A stretch of DNA of 64,000 nt from an uncultured bacterium (GTDB lineage: Bacteria; Omnitrophota; Omnitrophia; Omnitrophales; Abzuiibacteriaceae): NCBI GenBank assembly GCA_964387845.1, contig CAYLXA010000006.1:32001-96000 (forward strand), given 5' to 3'. Of this stretch, positions 9,393 to 18,167 are shown in pieces. How positions within the stretch are numbered: position 1 is the first letter of the stretch; the number at the start of each line of letters is the position of its first letter. The translations under genes and the position numbers were made by a program. The notes under the pieces are model-generated. The model had not been told where the DNA came from. It saw only the letters and a list, made by a program, of their open reading frames with translations, and made no database searches.

Positions 9393-10718
9393 TTACGACC
9401 TTTTGATCGGCCATTTTTTCTTCCAGTAAGCCAAGACCTCTTTCTCCATAGACAGGGAAAATAGATATGGCCACTCAATATATTCCTTGGAATTAATAAA
9501 ATAGAGTTGAAAGGTCGTGATTACCATTGTGCTGAGAATGTTTGCGCAAGCAGCGCCGTGGGCTTGAAATTTCGGAATGAGAAATAAATTCAGAACAAGT
9601 GATACAGCGAGTCCTAAAAAATTTGAGATAGCCATTAGCCCGCTTTTCTTTTCCAGCAAAAGGATGATGTTGCAGGTTTGGCTCGGAATGCCGACCAATG
9701 AAGAAATTCCCACAAGAGCGAATAAACCCACTTGGGAACTATAGTCCTTTGGCACTAACTGCGGAATGAGCTGGATTGCCCCCACAATACCCATAATCAC
9801 AATTGCTTGAAAAATAATGCGTGTTTTAACAATAGACATCAGTAATCGATTGCGCTTCTTGATTGCTTGTTGGTCGTGGGCTTCAAAGATATATGGAACA
9901 ATCGTAATTTGATTAAATCTTTCGGAAGCATCAAAGAGCGTGCTAAAAAAATGGTAAGGTGCTAATACGCTTAATGAGGTAATGGCCCCCAGAAGGTATC
10001 GATCGTAGTATTGCCACACCTTTTTTCCCACATCTCCAAAACAAATCGGAAATCCATAGCGGAGACCGCTTTTTATGAATTGTAAATTGGGAACGGAGAA
10101 GGGTTGGATTTTGTACTTACTTAAAAACCAGATAAAAATTGCTAGAAAACTAAAACTCCAGGTCCAGGTAACCGTGTAAATAGTAACCGGCCCAATCAAA
10201 AGAGCTGCGATCATAAAAACCAACCAGAACGCGACTTGCAATATAGTGATATTGTTAAATTCCTTTATCTGTTTTGAATAATTGAAGTAAATCTGGAGCA
10301 GAGGAAAAAGACCGGATAAAAATAGAAGAAAAGACAAATTAAAAAAGAGCTGACCGGACAAGTTGAAATCAATCATGGCGGATATTGTGTCAATTGGTAT
10401 GAAAATCAAGATGAGTACCAGGAGGCAAAGCATTGAAGCTAATTGAAGAAAATTTGAGTATTGAAAATACAGGACCCGGCTTTCCTGGTTCAAAGCCGGA
10501 ATTTCTCTGCGTAAATAATCGCCCCATCCCAAATCCGAAACCGCCATCCACATTCCCATAGTAGCAACAAAAAGGCTGTAGAAGCCGTATTCAGTACTTG
10601 TCAGCTGCCGGACAAGAAAAATGGCCAAGCAGCCTTTTAAGCCGATTGTAATTACTCGAGACACGGTCGAGTGGATGTACTGGCCGATAATGGTGGTTTT
10701 AATTGAGCTCATGAGCAA
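9393..10718 (-). CDS. polysaccharide/oligosaccharide flippase (Wzx-like, MOP superfamily)
   Basis: 441 aa and hydrophobic throughout, with about 12 predicted TM segments. Sits next to Wzy-like and Wzz-like genes. Confidence 0.55.
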   Translation of the reverse strand: MLMSSIKTTIIGQYIHSTVSRVITIGLKGCLAIFLVRQLTSTEYGFYSLFVATMGMWMAVSDLGWGDYLRREIPALNQESRVLYFQYSNFLQLASMLCLLVLILIFIPIDTISAMIDFNLSGQLFFNLSFLLFLSGLFPLLQIYFNYSKQIKEFNNITILQVAFWLVFMIAALLIGPVTIYTVTWTWSFSFLAIFIWFLSKYKIQPFSVPNLQFIKSGLRYGFPICFGDVGKKVWQYYDRYLLGAITSLSVLAPYHFFSTLFDASERFNQITIVPYIFEAHDQQAIKKRNRLLMSIVKTRIIFQAIVIMGIVGAIQLIPQLVPKDYSSQVGLFALVGISSLVGIPSQTCNIILLLEKKSGLMAISNFLGLAVSLVLNLFLIPKFQAHGAACANILSTMVITTFQLYFINSKEYIEWPYLFSLSMEKEVLAYWKKKWPIKRS

Positions 10719-10747
10719 GCACGCTTGATTGATGGTGTTGTGTGATG

Positions 10748-12124
10748 TTAGGAAGAAATCTGGCGCTCTCTATTAAATGTCTTCAGGCGGGAAGCCAAAT
10801 AAATAACTGCGATGAACAGCCAAAAAGTCCGTTCCCTTAAATGACGATTGTACAGATAGCTGGGAATTAGGCAGATGAATCCAAACAAAATAACGGCGTG
10901 AAATTCTTCCCATGCTGTTCGACGCGAGAACCAGAAATTCTGGAATGCCAGGAATAGAAAATATCCCATGAATATCAAATAGGCCAATGTCCCGACGATT
11001 CCGGTTTCGGCAAGAAATTGCAAGAGAGTACTGTGCATTTCATATCCACGAATGGATACTTGATAATCGGATTGGATAAAGCGGCCGTACCCAATTCCAA
11101 GAGTTGGATGATTTTCAAAGCTGTGTTTGGCGGCATCGATTTGGTTTCCTATAAAACCCTTTCCGGAGGCGAGGGATGACATTTTCTTGACGTTGCGCAA
11201 AATCGAGTTTTGAAAAATCTGAGGATTTAAATAGCTCATGAGTGAAAAAACAAGAGCGCACACAATTGCAATGGAAGCAAAAAGCGCAGACGCTTTCGGA
11301 GATTTCTTGCACAGATACACGGTAATAACGAGAATCCCGGTCGCCAGACTGGGGAAAACGCTGAAGCGTGCGGTAAAAAATGCGCAGAGTATCAGCAGCG
11401 GGGCAATGATCCAGATTCTTAGGCGACTCTTAATGCTTTGACCGGGCGCGAAAGAGAAGGCAAATAGCGCGAAGAAAGTGGTGGTAGCAAATGCGGAAAG
11501 CTGGCCGGGGGTTCGGAATGGCCCCTGGATACGAAAACTGTGCGGAGACAAAAAGGAATTTGCAAATACGCCCGGATGAATGATGTCACCGATAGAGAAA
11601 AAGCCGGTTCCTTTTCCGATTTTCGGTGCTTGGTTAGATAAGTCACTCATATCGATCAAAGAAACCGTGATTGCAATGATGGCGGCAACAGTCCAAGCGC
11701 GCATGATCTTGAAAAAATCATCCTCTGACTGTGTGTGTTCGGCGATTAACAGGAAAAATAACATGCCGACTACAATGGCAAATGGTTGGCCTTCGCCATA
11801 GATCACTGCTTTAATGGTTGATTCGCTCAGAAGAGATAAAGAGATGGCTGATAGAAGGATCAGAAAAATCAATGACGGATAAAGCGGAAAAGAAAATGAA
11901 TCACGCAAAATGACTTTTCGAATTACAAAAACCAATAATAAGGTAAAGAGCAGAATATCGGGCAGGGCAATGCGGCCTAGAATTTCCCCTTTAAAAAAAG
12001 AAAGATTGATTAGGCAGATGGTTGAAATCCATAGATAAAGCAGCCAATTTGGATTTGAAATGCCTTTTGCGAAAACCCAAAGCCATGCCGCGCAGAGTAT
12101 CGCCAGGATAGCAAGGGTTAGCAT
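10748..12124 (-). CDS. O-antigen ligase / Wzy-type polymerase family membrane protein (exosortase-system-associated O-glycosylation ligase type)
   Basis: Polytopic membrane protein. The large loop carries the family's conserved His region: EMHSTLLQFLAETGIVG. Confidence 0.6.
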   Translation of the reverse strand: MLTLAILAILCAAWLWVFAKGISNPNWLLYLWISTICLINLSFFKGEILGRIALPDILLFTLLLVFVIRKVILRDSFSFPLYPSLIFLILLSAISLSLLSESTIKAVIYGEGQPFAIVVGMLFFLLIAEHTQSEDDFFKIMRAWTVAAIIAITVSLIDMSDLSNQAPKIGKGTGFFSIGDIIHPGVFANSFLSPHSFRIQGPFRTPGQLSAFATTTFFALFAFSFAPGQSIKSRLRIWIIAPLLILCAFFTARFSVFPSLATGILVITVYLCKKSPKASALFASIAIVCALVFSLMSYLNPQIFQNSILRNVKKMSSLASGKGFIGNQIDAAKHSFENHPTLGIGYGRFIQSDYQVSIRGYEMHSTLLQFLAETGIVGTLAYLIFMGYFLFLAFQNFWFSRRTAWEEFHAVILFGFICLIPSYLYNRHLRERTFWLFIAVIYLASRLKTFNRERQISS

Positions 12125-12127
12125 AAA

Positions 12128-13357
12128 TTAATGGCGTCTGTTTTGTTGAGTGATGATAGAAATCAATAGAACGCTCAGGCAAGACAGTAAAAAAGAGTTC
12201 GACAGTGATAATGCAATCGAAGAAATTAAAAAATCCCTTCGTGAGAAAACCACTTTTGGCTCGTCCATATTTTCAAATCTAAAAATTTTTGGCTTGGTAG
12301 ATTCGATTTCTTTGAAGAGAGAGTTTTGGCTTTCGGTGACGGCATTTTTATCCGCTTGAAGCGTGTCAAGCCGTGCTATCGTATTTTGCAACTCTGCTTT
12401 GGTATGCTGCAAAAACGATTTAAAAGACGAAGTGTGTGTGGCGAAGTTTATAGAAAGAGCCTCCGATATACTGATAAGCCCCTGGACCACAAGATTTAAA
12501 TTTGATTCCAAATCGTTAAGTTCTCGCCCTATCTTGGTTTTTGTAGCCTGTTCAAAATTTCGAAGCAATGTGCTTTCGGACTGATGATTTAACAAATGGC
12601 GGGACAATTGAATAGCGTTTTGAGCACTTTCCAAAACCTGCTTGGGATAATCGGTGCTCAAAGCTTTTAACTGAAGTTCAGCTTTAAGCAATTGATTGAT
12701 CAGTTTGTCGCTTTGTTCGGTCGTGACGAGCGAACGTTCTTTGAGATTGGCTAAAGTAGGTGCATTGAAACGGTTGAGAATTTCATTCATTTGCGCATCG
12801 ATTTCTTTCTCTTTTTGAAAAAATCTGGACTGTTCTGCCTTCAGTTCTTCAACGTAAAGTTTAAGATTTTCCAGCTCTTCCTCATGCTCCTGATAACAAA
12901 CCTCAGTCCACGCCTGTAAAACTTTTGACGCTATTTCTTGATTCGGATGCTGAACATAAAAGATGATCATATAAGCATTTACGTATTTGCCGTTTGAGGC
13001 CGGCATATTTCCAATGTCTTGGAGCTTAATCGAGATCGCATTGGATATTTGGCTGTTGCTGAGTTTGATATTTTGTTCTTCGAGTTTAAATCTTGTTTCC
13101 GTGATGATTTGGGGCTCGTGCAAGAAAAGGAGCCTGAGATTTAAAAGATGGGAGTAATTAATGTAAGCCATCTCGCTTTTTGCGAAATATTTTTTTTCTA
13201 ATTTCGGGCCTTTGAATTGATAAAACTGATACCCAAAAGAAAGAGCAAACGCGACGAAGGAGAGAGAAATGAAAAGGACTTTCTTTTGCCAAAAAAAAGC
13301 AATGAGTGTCCGTAAATCAATAGGATCTTGCAATTTCTTTGTCTCAAGTCTGTTCAT
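12128..13357 (-). CDS. polysaccharide chain-length determinant protein (Wzz/PCP family)
   Basis: N-terminal TM (VLFISLSFVAFALSF), a long coiled-coil periplasmic region and a C-terminal TM (FLISSIALSLSNSFLLSCLSVLLISII). Confidence 0.55.
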   Translation of the reverse strand: MNRLETKKLQDPIDLRTLIAFFWQKKVLFISLSFVAFALSFGYQFYQFKGPKLEKKYFAKSEMAYINYSHLLNLRLLFLHEPQIITETRFKLEEQNIKLSNSQISNAISIKLQDIGNMPASNGKYVNAYMIIFYVQHPNQEIASKVLQAWTEVCYQEHEEELENLKLYVEELKAEQSRFFQKEKEIDAQMNEILNRFNAPTLANLKERSLVTTEQSDKLINQLLKAELQLKALSTDYPKQVLESAQNAIQLSRHLLNHQSESTLLRNFEQATKTKIGRELNDLESNLNLVVQGLISISEALSINFATHTSSFKSFLQHTKAELQNTIARLDTLQADKNAVTESQNSLFKEIESTKPKIFRFENMDEPKVVFSRRDFLISSIALSLSNSFLLSCLSVLLISIITQQNRRH

Positions 13358-13469
13358 GGATTAGATAAAAGTGGTGTGCTAATAGAGGAGTATGATAACA
13401 TATCATCTTTAAATAACAACAAATAACAACATGATTTATAGTCCAATTTGAACACTTTTTAAGAGAAAA

Positions 13470-14381
13470 ATGAGCCCTCATTCAACTGGTTTTAGAGATT
13501 GGTTGAGGATATTTTTGTCAACTTGCGCGGCTTCAATATTATTTTTTTTGCTGGGAAGCGAACTTTTAATACGGGCAAAAGTGGCTCCGCAGGATTTGTT
13601 CGAAAAGCACCGGCACTTATTTTTTAATTCGGACAAAACAAACGCGGTTTTTGGAGATTCGCACGGCGCTCAAGGCTTTACGGGAGAGCCTGATTTTGTG
13701 AATCTGTCGTTTCCTTCCGAGTCAATTGACATCATATACAAGAAAATAAAATTATATTTTAAAAGCCGAACGCCTCACAAAGTGGTTCTTCAAGCCGACC
13801 CTCATCTATTTTCTGATTACCGCATGAAGGAGCGCGCCGATGATTATGTTGAGCTTTTTAAGAACCCGAGACTGCCTTATTTTCAGATTTTGACGCCTCG
13901 GCATCAGAAGTTCCTGCTTTATTATTGGAAAAATTTTTTAGCTGGAAGCGATTTTAAAAATCATTTTCAAATGAACCCAGACGGTTCTCAAATGATGGAT
14001 AAAAAAGAGAAAAGATCCCACGTTTATGATCTTCAGGGCAGGATTTTCTTGCAGAGACCTCGGGGAGATTTTGAGAAATCTCACAGTATGAAAAAATATT
14101 TTGAAGTTTTAGATTATTTAAAAAGCCGGAACGCGGATGTTTGTCTCGTCACATTTCCGGTTTCTCCTGCCTATGTTGAAGCGGCTCGGAAATTTCCTGA
14201 ATTTGAAAAGGCTAGACAATTTCTGGAGAAAATTGCCGCGCAACACGGCTTCCGTTATGCCAGTTATTGGGATGCTTTTTCCGATGCGGGCATGTTTGTT
14301 AACGAAGATCATCTTGGCATCGAAGGCGCGCGACAGTTGACTGGCAAAATCATGACGGATTGTTTTCATGGAAAAAATTAA
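13470..14381 (+). CDS. membrane-anchored hypothetical protein, possibly SGNH-like (AlgX/AlgJ-like)
   Basis: N-terminal TM and VFGDSHGAQGF (GDS block I-like). The remaining SGNH blocks are not clear. Confidence 0.3.
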   Translation: MSPHSTGFRDWLRIFLSTCAASILFFLLGSELLIRAKVAPQDLFEKHRHLFFNSDKTNAVFGDSHGAQGFTGEPDFVNLSFPSESIDIIYKKIKLYFKSRTPHKVVLQADPHLFSDYRMKERADDYVELFKNPRLPYFQILTPRHQKFLLYYWKNFLAGSDFKNHFQMNPDGSQMMDKKEKRSHVYDLQGRIFLQRPRGDFEKSHSMKKYFEVLDYLKSRNADVCLVTFPVSPAYVEAARKFPEFEKARQFLEKIAAQHGFRYASYWDAFSDAGMFVNEDHLGIEGARQLTGKIMTDCFHGKN

Positions 14382-15339
14382 ATATTTTGTATTTAATTTT
14401 TGGAATTATTTCTGGAGAATACCGCCGTTCTCTATTTTCTACCGGGCGTATTATTTATTTAGAGCCAGCTGGCCGGTGTGGTTTTATGTTTTAAACAAAG
14501 CGCCACGCGAGTATCATCGGAAGCATCGTTCAAATCTTAATCAAATCCAAAAGCGAACAGTGGAAGATTTAACGAGGTTTGGCATCGGTTCCGCTCACTT
14601 CAGCGACATGTTTCCCGAGCTGGATTTTTCACTATTTCAAAAGAGCCTGGCCGAAGCTATGTTGATAGGTGAGAACCAAAAACAAATCGAAGAACAGTCG
14701 AAAGGGCAAAGTGCCCAGAGCAAAAAATATTACCTGGTTGAATTATGGAAAAAGCCGTTTCATTTTGACTTTGCCAATCCGTTCATGTCCTTAGCTGCCA
14801 GCGAAAGAATTTTAACAATTGTGAATCATTACCTGGAAATGGCTGCGCACTTAAGTTATTTGAATTTATGGTATACGGTCCCCATGGAAAAAGCGGCGAA
14901 CTACAGTCAGCGCTGGCATCGTGATCCGGATGATCGAAGGTTGGTCAAATTATTTCTTTATTTAAATGATGTGGATGAAAACAGCGGGCCGTTTCATTAT
15001 GTTTCAGGATCGCACGATCAGGGCCCCCACAGAAATGTACTGCCTTCAAGGCCGCCTTATAGCACTTATCCGAAAGAAGGAGAGGTTGAGAAGCTGATTT
15101 CCAAAGATGATATACGCCAATGCACGGGCCGGGCCGGGACGCTTATTTTTTGCGATACCAGAGGGCTGCACAAGGGCGGGCATGCCACTAAAAATCCAAG
15201 GATTTTGTTTAATGCAGTTTATTTGACAGAAGGAGCCATTCCTTCCGAGAAAAGAAAAATTAATTACATTCTAAATCAGCCAAATCGCACGCATAATCCT
15301 CTAGCTGATTACGCATTAAGTTGGGCAGAATCTAGTTAG
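14368..15339 (+). CDS. phytanoyl-CoA dioxygenase (PhyH)-like Fe(II)/2-oxoglutarate-dependent dioxygenase
   Basis: WHRDPDD (HxD iron ligands) ... GPFHYVSGSH (distal His). The spacing is typical of the PhyH family. Confidence 0.5.
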   Translation: MEKIKYFVFNFWNYFWRIPPFSIFYRAYYLFRASWPVWFYVLNKAPREYHRKHRSNLNQIQKRTVEDLTRFGIGSAHFSDMFPELDFSLFQKSLAEAMLIGENQKQIEEQSKGQSAQSKKYYLVELWKKPFHFDFANPFMSLAASERILTIVNHYLEMAAHLSYLNLWYTVPMEKAANYSQRWHRDPDDRRLVKLFLYLNDVDENSGPFHYVSGSHDQGPHRNVLPSRPPYSTYPKEGEVEKLISKDDIRQCTGRAGTLIFCDTRGLHKGGHATKNPRILFNAVYLTEGAIPSEKRKINYILNQPNRTHNPLADYALSWAESS

Positions 15340-16030
15340 ACTTTTTACGTAAATATAGTTCCGCCAAAGCCAAATCAATTTTTGAATCAATATTAACAGA
15401 GCGTTCCACGGGCATGACGTAAGCCAGGCTTTTTTTGCCCCAAAGCGAGTGTTTTTTCATTAAAGTATCCCGCCGGACTGCATATACGGCCCCGTTTAAA
15501 GCAAATACGCGCGGCAAATCCTGACGCCTAATGCCTTCATGCCAGAATTTTGGCAGGAAAGGTTTCAAAGTCCCCTTATGAATTTGCATGGTTTTGCCCG
15601 GATGCGGATCCGAGATTTCGGAAACACTGATAACCGAATCAGCCTTTGAGTCTCTTAAAAGCATGATGGATCGATCGATGTCTTGCGAAGTTCTTAATGG
15701 CGCTGTGGGCTGAAGCAAAACAATGAAGTCATATCGACCTTGCTTTTTTTCCATAAAATTAACGGCATGTTTGAGCACGGAAAGAGAGCTGGCACGGTCT
15801 GTGGCGAGACGCGAGGGGCGAGTAAATGGAGTCACCGCGCCATATTTTCTTGAAACAGAAATAATTTTGGTGTTATCGCTCGAGACAATGCAATCGGTCA
15901 AGTAACGGCTTTTTTTCGCGGCTCTAATACTGTATGCGATAAGGGGAAGCCCAGCCAATGGCTTGATATTTTTCTTCGGAATACCTTTTGATCCGCCTCG
16001 AGCCGGAATAACGCCCAAAACCCTCAGCAT
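15332..16030 (-). CDS. neuA: CMP-N-acylneuraminate (CMP-sialic acid) synthetase / acylneuraminate cytidylyltransferase
   Basis: Canonical N-terminus VLGVIPARGGSKGIPKKNIKPLAGLPLIAYSI. The start was chosen at the ATG at 16028-16030 (MLRVLG...). The upstream in-frame ATG at 16081 would overlap neuB by 58 nt. Confidence 0.85.
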   Translation of the reverse strand: MLRVLGVIPARGGSKGIPKKNIKPLAGLPLIAYSIRAAKKSRYLTDCIVSSDNTKIISVSRKYGAVTPFTRPSRLATDRASSLSVLKHAVNFMEKKQGRYDFIVLLQPTAPLRTSQDIDRSIMLLRDSKADSVISVSEISDPHPGKTMQIHKGTLKPFLPKFWHEGIRRQDLPRVFALNGAVYAVRRDTLMKKHSLWGKKSLAYVMPVERSVNIDSKIDLALAELYLRKKSN

Positions 16031-16992
16031 ATTGAAGGTACCTCGCGCTCTTCCCAATTGTAAATCACGTCTTTTCCGCAATGGCTTGCAAAACGGCCTC
16101 TGTAATAATTTCGGTTCAACAATTCCTCTTCACTTAGGCCGGGATTCTCAATTCCTATCATGCTTTCGTATTCAGCGGATGAAATCTCGGCATGGATTTT
16201 TTTATTCAGATTTTCACGAGAAAGTTTACAGGCGGCAGTAAGTTCTGAAAGCTGTTTCGGATTGATTGAAACCGGGCCGTCCCTCGTTTCTTCCGGCTTG
16301 AGTAAAGTAAAATGGCGTTCAATGACGGAAGCGCCGAGCGATATAGCGATAAAAGAAGCTTTTAGGCCATCTTTGGCGGGTGCGGAATGGTCGCTAAATC
16401 CAACGGATGGCGTAAATTGCAGAAGAAAATTCATTCTCCTTAAATTTAATTTATCCAGCGGTGTCGGGTATCGTGTTACACAATGCAAAAAACTAAATTT
16501 TTTATTTTTTAGAATAGATGCTGTTTTACGGATTTCGTCGTCATAAGTACCGCCCGTGGAAATGATCAACGAATCAAATTGTTCCGCAAGCTCGCGAATC
16601 ATGGGGAAGCTTGCGCAATCGATGCTTGCAACTTTGATAGTCGAAAATCCCAACGATTTTACAAGCGGGATTCGATGGCGCGAAAAAACCGTTGTGAGCG
16701 GAAGGATTTTGGCCTTTTGGCAGGTTTCGAGGAATATGTGGTGATCTTTTTCGGAAAGCTCTAGAGGCTTTAAACGGTTCTTTTCAGCCGCGCAGGGGCG
16801 TTTGATGATTTTCTGAATGCCATTTTCGATTTTTCCTTCTTCAAATTCAGGGCGATAAGTTACGTCATCTGCGAAAATGGTTTGAATTTTGGCGTAGGCG
16901 GCACCGTTTTCTTTGGCTGCCCACACCATCTCTTTTAGAAGGGAAATGCTTCCGTTATGATTTTGACAAAATTCGACAATAATTTCTGTCAT
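16024..16992 (-). CDS. neuB: N-acetylneuraminate (nonulosonic acid) synthase
   Basis: EFCQNHNGS, YAKIQT, ISTGGTYDDEI, HCVTRYPTPLDKLNL, GFSDHS and IERHFTL match E. coli NeuB block for block. At 322 aa the SAF/antifreeze-like C-terminal domain appears to be absent or reduced. Confidence 0.85.
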   Translation of the reverse strand: MTEIIVEFCQNHNGSISLLKEMVWAAKENGAAYAKIQTIFADDVTYRPEFEEGKIENGIQKIIKRPCAAEKNRLKPLELSEKDHHIFLETCQKAKILPLTTVFSRHRIPLVKSLGFSTIKVASIDCASFPMIRELAEQFDSLIISTGGTYDDEIRKTASILKNKKFSFLHCVTRYPTPLDKLNLRRMNFLLQFTPSVGFSDHSAPAKDGLKASFIAISLGASVIERHFTLLKPEETRDGPVSINPKQLSELTAACKLSRENLNKKIHAEISSAEYESMIGIENPGLSEEELLNRNYYRGRFASHCGKDVIYNWEEREVPSIC

Positions 16993-16997
16993 TGGAT

Positions 16998-18167
16998 TTA
17001 GTAGGCGAGTTTCTTTTCGCTTTCAAGCTTGATGTCTGCCAAAATATCCGCGATTTTTTTGCCTGCGTTTCCGCGGCCGTAAAGGTAATCACGGGAATAA
17101 ACGCCGTGTTTTAATTGCTTCTGAATAGCGCTTTTGATTTTTGGAGTATCGTTCTGGACTTGAATGACGTTTCGGCCCATTTCGCGTCCTCCTTGGCGGT
17201 CTCCGATTGTGACAGCCGGAATTCCTAAAAACGAACCTTCGCGGATGGCCATGCTGGAATTGCCGACGATGCAAGCTGAATTAATTGCAAGCGAAAGAAA
17301 ATCTTCCGCAGGCAAGTTGCGGATAAAGTGCACATTGGGGATCTTGTTTTGTTCGCGGTAAAGCCTGATACCTTTAGAGATTTGATCAGAGCCGGCGTCG
17401 ACATTAGGCCAAAACCAGAAGGTAGGCATTCTAATCTCAGAAACAGCGTCCAATGTCTTTCTAACTTGGCTTAATCCCGATTGTTCTTGTGTGGTGACGG
17501 GGTGCTGCAGGACAATCAAATAGCTATTTTTCTTTGGTGTAAACATGGCGCCAACGCCCTTACGCATGACTGAATCCAAAGGCCGCGTTTTCCCCCTTGA
17601 AACATCCAACGCTAAATCAATGGACGGACAGCCGGTAAAAAAAACATTTCTTGGGTTTTCGCCCAATCGGATAATTCTCTTTTTTGCAAGCGCGGTCGAA
17701 GCAAAATGATAATTAGAAAGCTTGGTCACGGCATGACGTACTTTTTCATCGATGGAGCCCGTGATTTCACCGCCCTGGACGTGAGCAACGGGAATATTCA
17801 TATAAGAACCTGCGATAGCAGTTGCAATGGTTTCGTACCGATCAGCCACGGTCAAAACAATATCAGGTTTCAGATTGGAAAAAGCAGTAGAGAGTTCTAG
17901 GATGCTCAAGCCCGTTGTCTTGGACATTGTCACCAGGTTTTCCCCTTCCAAGACAGAATAAATTCGTTCGGCCACCCGGAAACCGTCTTTGACGATGACA
18001 TCAACGACCGATCCGAATTTTTCAAGCAATGCAGAAGCGCCCACGATGAGTTGGAGTTCAAGAGCAGGGTGCGCCTGAACCGCGCGTAAGACAGTCTTGA
18101 TTCTGGCGTAGCTAGCCCGGTTGGTGACGACAATCGCAATTTTTCTTTTTTGCTTCCTTTTTTTCAT
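16998..18167 (-). CDS. neuC: UDP-N-acetylglucosamine 2-epimerase (hydrolysing)
   Basis: KIAIVVTNRASYARIKTVLRAVQAHPALELQLIVGASALL and a GT-B epimerase fold signature (HVQGGE, DRYE). Confidence 0.85.
   Translation of the reverse strand: MKKRKQKRKIAIVVTNRASYARIKTVLRAVQAHPALELQLIVGASALLEKFGSVVDVIVKDGFRVAERIYSVLEGENLVTMSKTTGLSILELSTAFSNLKPDIVLTVADRYETIATAIAGSYMNIPVAHVQGGEITGSIDEKVRHAVTKLSNYHFASTALAKKRIIRLGENPRNVFFTGCPSIDLALDVSRGKTRPLDSVMRKGVGAMFTPKKNSYLIVLQHPVTTQEQSGLSQVRKTLDAVSEIRMPTFWFWPNVDAGSDQISKGIRLYREQNKIPNVHFIRNLPAEDFLSLAINSACIVGNSSMAIREGSFLGIPAVTIGDRQGGREMGRNVIQVQNDTPKIKSAIQKQLKHGVYSRDYLYGRGNAGKKIADILADIKLESEKKLAY

Noticed and set aside
16031..16081. Longer 5' extension of neuA to the upstream ATG at 16081 (249-aa version)
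   Set aside because: It would overlap neuB by 58 nt and adds a non-conserved Arg-rich leader. The ATG at 16028-16030 places the canonical MLRVLGVIPARGGSKG motif at the N-terminus and gives a 7-nt overlap typical of this operon.
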